From NCBI GenBank assembly GCA_051362555.1, contig CM120648.1:7746587-7810586 (forward strand): a stretch of DNA of 64,000 nt, read 5' to 3'. Both the position numbers and the translations under genes were made by a program. Origin of the DNA: Lingula anatina (taxonomy: Eukaryota; Animalia; Brachiopoda). Within the stretch, counting starts at the first letter, position 1. Each line of letters starts with the position of its first letter. Positions 25,331 to 37,300 of the stretch are shown piece by piece. The notes beneath the pieces are model-generated. The model did no database searches. It had not been told where the DNA came from and saw only the letters and a list, made by a program, of their open reading frames with translations.

Positions 25331-28300
25331 TCATTTACTATTCTTGGAATCATCTCTAGTATCACCGCCTCCTACTGCACCGGGTCTGAAAAAAGGAACA
25401 TGTCTATAAAAAGTCCAAATGTTATCAATTCCACCAAGAAGTATGCACAGTGTCGAGAAACAGTGACAAAAGGGCACCAAGACTCAATAAGCGAACTGAT
25501 AAATACAGGCACTAGATGTTGCATCAATTCGTAACAAATCTGTGAATGAAAATAAATGGACGTAAAAGGTGCAAACCTAGCCTCTGTAATACTGTAATTT
25601 AAAGACAATACTACACTTGTCTAACGAACAGCGTTGGTTACTTTTTTTAACGAATTAAATAAAATGTTCATGTGCACGCCACAGTGTACGTGCGTTAGAA
25701 TTAAAAACAAAGGAAAAAACTCATATCGTCCTCAAATAAAAAAGTGATATAAATGTACTACCAGTAGGTAATAACGCGAGCTTAGAAGAAGAAAAGACGT
25801 TTCAAATTCAACTGCAATAGAAAGAAAACATATTATATCATCCCAAAACCAAGCCCACTTTGTAAATGACCATGAGGGACTTGGGCATATACACTCTTGC
25901 CCAAAATGGTTGCTATCGCCCTGTTTCTTTCATCATTATTGATATTACCAAATTAATACGGTTTATATTGTTAAATATGTGAAGCTGGATGATTGGTCAA
26001 GTCAAGGAGAAACAACCAATGCAAATGTGACAAAAAGCGTTAATTTATTTAGTGTTTTTTTTCTCATGCCCCCAAAAAGAGGGGGGGGGGCAGGTGCCCA
26101 CCCTGGGATTTAGAATTTTCCACACTGGTAGGGGGGCATCCCCTCCCCCCTCAGGGGCTTCGCCCCCTCGTGTCCGCTTACTGCCCCCCTGGCATTTTGC
26201 TCAGGCTTCGGCCCTGAGTACCAAGTGAAAAATTAAACATAAATATATACTATGATAGACAATTAATATGAAATTAGGGGGGGTTGTCAAGAAACATCTT
26301 CATATTTCATTATTAATCTATATTGTAAATAGCGGGTATGCCCACCCGAGCTTGAATAATGGCAGCCAGACGGCGTGGCATACTGTGAACTAGAGTTACA
26401 GCTCTTTGGAGAGGAATTCTGGTCCATTCATCTTGAAGGGCATCTCGCAGTTCATCTAGATTAGCAGGGGGAGGGTTTCTCCTCTGAATAGCACGACCAA
26501 GTTCGTCCCACATGTTCTCAATTGGGTTTCCATCTGGGCTTCTTCCTGGCTGTGGCATCAGCTGAATGTTGTTTTGTCGGATAAGCAGGCTGTGTGGGGA
26601 GTTGGATTGTAATGTTGCAATCTAAAATTGCCTCTGTACATCCCTTTTGAGAACGGCTTCAGGTTCTGCTGGAGAACGTCTCTGCATCTGGCAGCGTTAA
26701 GATTTTCATACAGAGGAAGCAATGGGCAAATACCGTTGCTGCAAATATTGCACGCCACTAAAAGTATTCTAATGATGGAAGCTTATGAGATACAAAAGAG
26801 TCTCAATATGTACGTTAAAATATTTTTTTAAATGTAGCATGGTGTTGTTTGGGACAGATTGGCCGAACATTGTAGCACTGTGTAACAAATCTGTGTGAAA
26901 ATCAAAAACAACACGTCTTTGCAAACGAATCCTACAAAAGGATCAAGATGATCCTGACGCCCACCCCCTTCGATTTCTGAAAAAAATCACAACAAAGGTC
27001 CCCTCTTGAAATTAGAATTTTGACTTGCTGAATCATAGTTTTAAACTGACTAAATGTCACCGTTCGCCCTTAAAATACCAAAATACCCTCGTCAGGGGAG
27101 AAGTGTAGACATCCCCTTCAAATAATCCTGGATCCGCCCCTGCATTCATAAGCGCTATTTATACAAACAGAAAAAAAGATCAGTGTATTTACCCTGTTGC
27201 TCCGGTGGTGCTTGGTGCAGTTTGGCTGAAAATAGATGTATATTGTATCAATTCTTAACAAATATGTGAAAAAAATAATATACATTGATGTCAAGGAAAA
27301 CACCTATCTTATAATAAAATCTTAAACCAAATTCATACTTCTCTGGAATACAACACTTCTCTAACATGGTTTTCGGCAAACCCCAAAAAATGGCCATGTG
27401 CACGCCATGAGAGAAAAAAGTCCCAATGTGTACGTTAAGAACAACACATTAGAAACAACCAACTTTTCACACTCAGATGAGAGACCAAAAGAGTGCGCTC
27501 AGAAGAATTTTTAGATAAAGAAATAAATTTAATTTATTTTTCATACAATTTTACACGTGTCACTGACAGTGTCAAACTGCATGTGTCTTTAGATCTTTTG
27601 CTACAGTTATTCCCTGTGATCACCAAGTAACCGAGATTCTGAAACAGTCATCTTTTCACAATCAGAACAAAAGTATTTTGAATTGAAGATCATCCTGATG
27701 CACATCCCCGTCGATTTCTGAAACAAATCACAATAAAGGTCCCCTCTTGAAATTAGAATTTTGACTTCCTGAATCATAATTTTAAACTGACCAAATGTCA
27801 TCGTTAGCCCTTTAGAATACCAAAATACCCACGTCAGGGGAGAAGGGTCGGCATTGCATCCGCGGACATCCCCTTCAAATTATCCTGGATCCACCCCTGC
27901 ATACATAAGCACTATTTATACAAACAACATAATAAAAGATCAGTGTATTTACCCTGTTGTTCCGGTGGTGCTTGGTGCAGTTTGGCTAAAAATAGATGTA
28001 TATTGTATCAATTCTTAACAAATATGTGAGAAAATTATTATACATTGATGTCACTGAACCGTAATATGATTACATTTGCTTCAATTCAAAACAAATTGAT
28101 GCCTGACATTTCTTTCTTTCTTTTTTTTTTTTTTTTTTTTTAATACATTTTGGCAAGGGGCCACATATAAAACATCCCAGGCCACATATGCATTGATTAA
28201 GGACAGAATATGATTATCAATTTGCGAAAAAAACAAATTCTACTGACTAACAAAAGATGGTCATGTGTTCATAATCTACTGTTTGTTACAGTGGCGCATG

Positions 28301-31300
28301 CATTCACAGAGGCGGATTTATGGGGTTGGGGGGGGGGGCTTAGGATGATTCTGACGCCCACCCCCTTCGATTTCTGAAAAAAAATCACAACAAAGGTCCC
28401 CTCTTGAAATTAGAATTTTGACTTGCTGAAGCATAGTTTTAAACTGACCAAATGTCACCGTTCGCCCTATAAAATACCAAAATACCAACGTCAGGGGAGA
28501 AGTATCGACAATGCATTCGAGGACATCCCCTTCAAATAATCCTGGATCCGCCCCTGCATTCATAAGTGCTATTTATACAAACAGAAAAAAGATCAGTGTA
28601 TTTACCCTGTTGCTCCGGTGGTGCTTGGTGCAGTTTGGCTGAAAATAGATGTATATTGTAACAATTCTTAACAAATATGTGAAAAAAATAATATACATTG
28701 ATGTCAAGGAAAACACCTATCTTAAAAGTCCCAATGTGTACGTTAAATAATAACAAATTAGAAACAACCAACTTTTAACACTCAGATGAGAGACCAATAG
28801 AATGCGCTCAGAAGAATTTTTAGATGAAGAAATAAATTCGATTAATTTATCATACAATTTTACACGTTTCACTGACAGTGTCAAACTGCATGTGTCATTA
28901 GATCTTTTGCTTCAAATATTCCCAGTGATCACCAAGTAACCGAGATTCTGAAACAGCCATTTTTTTACAATCAAAACAAGAGTGTTAATTCAATTTTCCA
29001 TCAAAATCCGTTTCGTTATTTTATTTTAATTTTTAATGAAGCATGGTGTTGTTTGGGACAGATTGTCCGAACAGTGTAGCATTGTGTAACAAATCTTTGT
29101 GAAAATCAAAAGCAACACGTCTTTTTAAATGAATCCTACATTGTCCGAACATTGTAGCATTGTGTAACAAATCTGTGTGAAAATCAAAAGCAACACGTCT
29201 TTTTAAATGAATCCTACAAAAGCGCATGCACTTGGAACCACTTCTTAAACTATATGTAACAAATGTGCAACAAAACAATATTTTTATCATTGTCGGTGGT
29301 GAACGTCATCACTGAACCGAAATATGATTACATTTGCTTCAATTCAAAACAAATTGATGCCTGACTTTTCTTTTTCTTTTTTAACACATTTTGGCAAGGG
29401 GCCATATTTGAAACATCCCAGGCCACATATGCATTGACTAAGGACAGAATATGATTATCAATTCGCAAAAAAACAAAAAAAAAAAAAAAAAAACAAATTC
29501 TACTGACTAACAAAAGAGGGTCATGCGTTCATAAGCTACTGTTTGTTAGAGTGGCGCATGCATTCACAGAGGCGGATTTATGGGGAGTGTCAGGATGATA
29601 CTGACGCCCATCCCCTTCGATTTCAGAAAAAAATCACAACAAAGGTCCCCTCTTGAAATTAGAATTTTGACTTGCTGAATCATAGTTTTAAACTGACTAA
29701 ATGTCACCATTCGCCCTTAAAATACCAAAATACCCACGTCAGAGGAGAAGTGTAGACATCCCCTTCAAATAATCCTGGATCCGCCCCTGCATTCATAACC
29801 GTTATTTATACAAACAGAAAAAAAGATCAGTGTATTTACCCTGTTGCTCCGGTGGTGCTTGGTGCAGTTTGGCTGAAAATAGTTATATATTGTATCAATT
29901 CCTAACAAATATGTGAGAAAAATAATATACATTGATGTCAAGGAAAACACCTATCTTATAATAAAATCTTAAACCAAATTCACACTTCTCTGGAATACAA
30001 CACTTCTCTAACATGGTTTTCGGCAAACCCCAAAAAATGGCTATGTGCACGCCACTAAAAGTATTCTAATGATGGAAGCTAGCTTATGAGAGAAAAATAC
30101 TCCCAATGTGTACGTTAAAACATAACAAATTAGAAACAACGAACTTTTAACACTCAGATGAGAGACCAAAAGAATGCGTTCAAAAGAATTTTTAGATGAA
30201 GAAATAAATTCGATTAATTTATCATACAATTATACACGTTTTACTGACAGTGTCAAACTGCATGTGTAGTTAGATCTTTTGCTACAAATATTCCCAGTGA
30301 TAAACCAAGTAACCGAGATTCTGAAACAGCCATTTTTTTCACAATCAAAATAAGAGTGTTCATCAAATTTTCCATCAAAATCCGTTTCATTATTTTATTT
30401 ATTTTTAATGTAGCATGGTGTTGTTTGGGACAGATTGTCCGAACATTGTAGCATTGTGTAACAAATCTGTGTGAAAATTAAAAGCAACGCGTCTTTTAAA
30501 ATGCATCCTACAAAAGCGCATGCACTTGGAACCGCTTCTTAAACTATATGTAACAAATGTGCAACACAACCATATTTTCATCATTGTCGGTGGTGAACGT
30601 TATCACTGAACCGAAATATGATTACATTTGCTTCAATTCAAAGCAAATTGATGCCTAACATTTCTTTTTCTTTTTCTTTTTTAACACATTTTGGCAAGGG
30701 GCCACATTTGAAACATCCCAGGCCACATATGCATTGATTAAGGACAGAATATGATTATCAATTCACGAAAAAAACAAATTCTACTGACTAACAAAAGAGG
30801 GTCATGCGTTCATAAGCTACTGTTTGTTACAGAGGCGCATGCATTCACAAAGGCGGATTTATGGGGTGGAGGGGGGGCTTCAGGATGATTCTGACGCCCA
30901 CCCCTTCGATTTCTGAAAAAAAATCACAACAAAGGTCCCCTCTTGAAATTAGAATTTTGACTTCCCGAATCATTGTTTTAAACTGAACAAATGATCCTGA
31001 TGCCCAGCCCCTTCGATTTCTGAAAAATAATCACAATAAAGGTCCCCTCTTGAAATTAGTATTTTGACTTGCTGAAGCATAGTTTTAAACTGACCAAATG
31101 TCACCGTTCGCCCTATAAAATACCAAAATACCCAGGTCAGGGGAGAAGTGTCGACATTGCATTCGAGGACATCCCCTTCAAATAATCCTGGATCCGCCCC
31201 TGCATTCATAAGCGCTATTTATACAAACAGAAAAAAAGATCAGTGTATTTACCCTGTTGCTCCGGTGGTGCTTGGTGCAGTTTGGCTGAAAATAGATGTA

Positions 31301-34300
31301 TATTGTATCAATTCTTAACAAATATGTGAGAAAAATAATATACATTGATGTCAAGGAAAACACCTATCTTATAATAAAATCTTAAACCAAATTCACACTT
31401 CTCTGGAATACAACACTTCTCTAACATGGTTTTCGGCAAACCCCAAAAAATGGCTATGTGCACGCCACTAAAAAAGTATTCCAATGATGGAAGCTAGCTT
31501 ATGAGAGAAAAAAGTTCCAATGTGTACGTTAAGAATAACAAATTAGAAACAACCAACTTTTCACACTCAGATGAGAGACCAAAAGAGTGCGCTCAGAAGA
31601 ATTTTTACATAAAGAAATAAATTTAATTTATTTTTCATACAATTTTACACGTTTCACTGACAGTGTCAAACTGCATATGTCTTTAGATCTTTTGCTACAA
31701 TTATTCCCAGTGATCACCAAGTAACCGAGATTCTGAAACAGCCATCTTTTCACAATCAAAACAAAAGTATTTTGAATTGAAGATCATCCTGATGCATATC
31801 CCCTTCGATTTCTGAAACAAATCACAATAAAGGTCCCCTCTTGAAATTAGAATTTTGACTTCCTGAATCATAGTTTTAAACTGACCAAATGTCATCGTTA
31901 GCCCTTTAAAATACCAAAATACCCTCGTCAGGGGAGAAGGGTCGGCATTGCATCCGCGGACATCCCCTTCAAATTATCCTGGAACCACCCCTGCATACAT
32001 AAGCACTATTTATACAATTATAAACAACAGAATAAAAGATCAGTGTATTTACCCTGTTGTTCCGGTGGTGCTTGGTGCAGTTTGGCTAAAAATAGATGTA
32101 TATTGTATCAATTCTTAACAAATATGTGAGAAAATTATTATACATTGATGTCACTGAACCGTAATACTATTACATTTGCTTCAACTCAAAAGAAATTGAT
32201 GCCTGACATTTTTTTTAATACATTTTGGAAAGTGGCCACATATAAAACATCCCAGGCCACATATGCATTGATTAAGGACAGAATATGATTATCAATTCGC
32301 GTAAAAAACAAATTCTGCTGACTAACAAAAGATGGTCATGTGTTCATAAGCTACTGTTTGTTACAGTGGCGCATGCATTCACAGAGGCGGATTTATGGGG
32401 TTGGGGGGGGGGCTTAGGATGATTCTGACGCCCACCCCCTTCGATTTCTGAAAAAAAATCACAACAAAGGTCCCCTCTTGAAATTAGAATTTTGACTTGC
32501 TGAAGCATAGTTTTAAACTGACCAAATGTCACCGTCCGCCCTATAAACACCAAAATACCAACGTCAGGGGAGAAGTATCGACATTGCATTCGGGGACATC
32601 CCCTTCAAATAATCCTGGATCCGCCCCTGCATTCATAAGCGCTATTTATACAAACAGAAAAAAGATCAGTGTATTTACCCTGTTGCTCCGGTGGTGCTTG
32701 GTGCAGTTTTGCTGAAAATAGATGTATATTGTATCAATTCTTAACAAATATGTGAAAAAAATAATATACATTGATGTCAAGGAAAACACCTATCTTATAA
32801 TAAAATCTTAAACCAAATTCATACTTCTCTGGAATACAACACTTCTCTAACATGGTTTTCGGCAAACCCCAAAAAATGGCCATGTGCACGCCACTAAAAA
32901 AGTATTCTAATGATGGAAGCTAGCTTATGAGAGAAAAAAGTCCCAATGTGTACATTAAGAATAACAAATTAGAAACAACCAACTTTTCACACTCAGATGA
33001 GAGACCAAAAGAGTGCGCTCAGAAGAATTTTTACATAACGAAATAAATTTAATTTATTTTTCATACAATTTTACACGTTTCACTGACAGTGTCAAACTGC
33101 ATATGTCTTTAGAACTTTTGCTACAATTATTCCCAGTGATCACCAAGTAACCGAGATTCTGAAACAGCCATCTTTTCACAATCAAAACAAAAGTATTTTG
33201 AATTGAAGATCATCCTGATGCACATTCCCTTCGATTTCTGAAACAAATCACAATAAAGGTCCCCTCTTGAAATTAGAATTTTGACTTGCTGAAGCATAGT
33301 TTTAAACTGACCAAATGTCACCGTTCGCCCTATAAAATACCAAAATACCAACGTCAGGGGAGAAGTATCGACATTGCATTCGGGGACATCCCCTTCAAAT
33401 AATCCTGGATCCGCCCCTGCAATCATAAGCGCTATTTATACAAACAGAAAAAAGATCAGTGTATTTACCCTGTTGCTCTGGTGGTGCTTGGTGCAGTTTG
33501 GCTGAAAATAGATGTATATTGTATCAATTCTTAACAAATATGTGAAAAAAATAATATACATTGATGTCAAGGAAAACACCTATCTTAAAAGTCCCAATGT
33601 GTACGTTAAATAATAACAAATTAGAAACAACCAACTTTTAACACTCAGATGAGAGACCAATAGAATGCGCTCAGAAGAATTTTTAGATGAAGAAATAAAT
33701 TCGATTAATTTATCATACAATTTTACACGTTTCACTGACAGTGTCAAACTGCATGTGTCATTAGATCTTTTGCTTCAAATATTCCCAGTGATCACCAAGT
33801 AACTGAGATTCTGAAACAGCCATTTTTTTCACAATCAAAACAAGAGTGTTAATTAAATTTTCCATCAAAATCCGTTTCGTTATTTTATTTTATTTTTTAA
33901 TGAAGCATGGTGTTGTTTGGGACAGATTGTCCGAACATTGTAACATTGTGTAACAAATCTGTGTGAAAATCAAAAGCAACACGTATTTTTAAATGAATCC
34001 CACAAAAGCGCATGCACTTGGAACCACTTCTTAAACTATATGTAACAAATGTGCAACACAACCATATTTTTATCATTGTCGGTGGTGAACGTTATCACTG
34101 AACCGAAATGTGATTACATTTGCTTCAATTCAAAACAAATTGATGCCTGACATTTCTTTTTCTTTTTCTTTTTTAACACATTTTGGCAAGGGGGCACATT
34201 TGAAACATCCCAGGCCACATATGCATTAACTAAGGACAGAATATGATTATCATTTCGTGAAAAAAACAAATTCTACTGACTAACAAAAGAGGGTCATGCC

Positions 34301-37300
34301 TTCATTAGCTACTGTTTGTTACAGTGGCGCATGCATTCACAGAGGCGGATTTATGGGGGGGGGGGGCGTCAGGATGATACTGACGCCCACCCCCTTCGAT
34401 TTCTGAAAAAAAAATCACAACAAAGATCCCCTCTTGAAATCAGAATTTTGACTTGCTGAAGCATAGTTTTAAACTGACTAAATGTCACCGTTAGCCCTTT
34501 AAAATACCAAAATACACACATCAGGGGAGAAGGGTCGGCATTGCATCCGCGGACATCCCTTTCAAATAATCCTGGATCCACCCCCGATTTATAAGCGCTA
34601 TTTATACAAACAACAGAAAAAAAGATCAGTGTATTTACCGTGTTGCTCCGGTGATGCTTGGTGCAGTTTGGCTGAAAATAGATGTATATTGCATCAATTC
34701 TTAACAAATATGTGAAAAAAACAATATACATTGATGTCAAGGAAAACGCCTATCTTATAATAAAATCTTAAACCAAATTCATACTTCTCTGGAATACAAC
34801 AATCCTCTAACATGGTTTTCGGCAAACCCCAAAAAATGGCCATGTGCACGCCACTAAAAAAGTATTCTAATGATGGAAGCTAGCTTATGAGAGAAAAAAG
34901 TCCCAATGTGTACGTTAAGAATAACAAATTAGAAACAACCAACTTTTCACACTCAGATGAGAGACCAAAATAATGCGCTCAGAAGAATTTTTAGATAAAG
35001 AAATAAATTTAATTTATTTATCATACAATTTTACACGTTTCACTGACAGTGTCAAACTGCATGTGTCTTTAGATGTTTTGCTACAATTATACCCAGTGAT
35101 AAACCAAGTAACCGAGATTCTGAAACAGCCATCTTTTCACAATCAAAACAAATGTGTTTTGAATTGAAGATCATCCTGACGCACATCCCCTTTGATTTCT
35201 GAAAAAAAATCACAATAAAGGTCCCCTCTTGAAATTAGAATTTTGACATGCTGAATCATAGTTTTAAACTGACCAAATGTCATCGTTAGCCCTTTAAAAT
35301 ACCAAAATACCCACGTCAAGGGAGAAGTGTTGACATTGCATCTGCGGACATCCCCTTCAAATAATCCTGGATCCGCCCCTGCATTCATAAGCGCTATTTA
35401 TACAAACAACATAATAAAATATCAGTGTATTTACCCTGTCGATCTGTGGTGCTTGGTGCAGTTTGGCTGAAAATAGATGTATATTGTATCAATACTTAAA
35501 AAATGTGAAAAAAATATACACATTGATGTCAAAGGAAAACGCCTATCTTATAATATAAATCTTAAACCAAATGCATTCTTCTCTGGAATACAGAACGTCT
35601 CCAACATGGTTTTTGGGAAACCCCAAAAAATCGCCACGTGTACGCCACTAAAAGTACACTAATGATGGAAGCTTATGAGAGAAAAAAGTCCCAATGTGTA
35701 CGTTAGAAATAACAAATTAGAAATCTTTTCACACTCAATCCAAAACTGTTAGTCAAAAATTAAAATGTAAAATATCTCTCTCGTCTAATATGCAAAATTT
35801 CCATCAAAATCGATTTCATTTTTTTATTTTTAACTTAAATTAATTAATTTATTTCTGTTGCTTGATATAGATTGGCTGAAAAATGTTGCACTGCGTAACA
35901 CAAATGTGTGAAAATCAACAGTAACACGTGTTTGTAAACGAATCCTACAGAAGCGCATACATTTGGAATCGCTTCTTAAACAACATTTAACAACTGTGCA
36001 AAACACCGATATTTTTAGCACTGTCGGTGTTGAATGTTATTATTGAGCCGAAATATGATAGCCTTTGCATCAATTCAAAACAAAATTGTGAGTGCATGAA
36101 TATAAATGTAGCCTGAAACAGCATGTCAACACCTATCAATTAAAATTAATAATACATAGCCTACGTTTGAATTGGGAATTGTCACAATCCACAACAAAGT
36201 GGGTTCTAGTGTTTACACATCGCATTGGCAAACGTACGTATTAAATTATTTCGACAGTAGCGCAGGCATTCATGAGCACATTTTATACTCACCTATGTAC
36301 TGAAACTGTACAACAAAAATCAAACATCTTTGGAATACCATACTACTAATTACACAAGACATTAGTTTCGCATCATACATAACGAATGCACGAATTTCTT
36401 TTATGCACAGCTTTGTACGTGAGTTTACCCTTATACATATATCATCCTCAAAACAGAAGCACCTATCACAAACACATCCTGTTTTATTAATAAAGGCAGT
36501 GCTCAGTCACCAATTTCACGTTGACTTATGTATAACGAGGAAAAATAGCAACTCGAATTCGTAAGCAAATCCGCCAGAAGCACATGTACTTATAAATGCT
36601 CATTAAACTATATGTAACAACTATGCAAATCGCCAATATATTTACCTCTCACCAATACCGGGAGTGGATGGTACCGTTGGGCTGAAATATGGACGCATGG
36701 TGCATCAGTCTGTAACGATTCTGTGAGTGCATATTAATGGAGGCCAGAAGAGCTCAGCTGTCTACTTAATTGCTGGCTTAATAATTGTAATTAAACTTTC
36801 ATATGTACTATGTTTGTCATTGGAGGCGTACTAATACGTCAGCTTAAAAGAATGAGAATTTAAAGTTACCCTATTATGCATAATGGTAGTGCTAACAATA
36901 TTCAAAATTGCAAATTACAATGAGATGATAAATATCAACATTAACTTTTGAAAATATTAATCATGTAGACACTTTAGGGTTTAGAATACAAAACTTCTTT
37001 AACTTAAAGCAAACATAGATTTATAAAAATTGGTTTCGTAATTTAAGATTTATGCAATTAATGCCCATTTACTAAGTTCACCATTATATGCGCACTAACG
37101 TGAAATAAAAATTTTTTTTGAAACTGAGAAAATATCATTTTATCTCCAACACAAGCCCACTTTGTACATAACAAATATATGCATTGATAGAGACAGGATT
37201 AAATACCAATTCGGCCAAAATACATACTGAGTGAAGAACAAAAAGCACCACGTGTTAATAAGCAATTCTAACAGTAGTGCATAAATTCAAAACCACTTTT

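Noticed and set aside
27605-27640. Additional micro-exon after the repeated ctgtttcag acceptor (ESRLLGDH)
   Set aside because: There is no convincing donor, and a stop codon follows shortly.
26750-36120. Repeat array as a CRISPR array or prokaryotic system
   Set aside because: Eukaryotic spliced context, long modules without unique spacers, and no cas genes.
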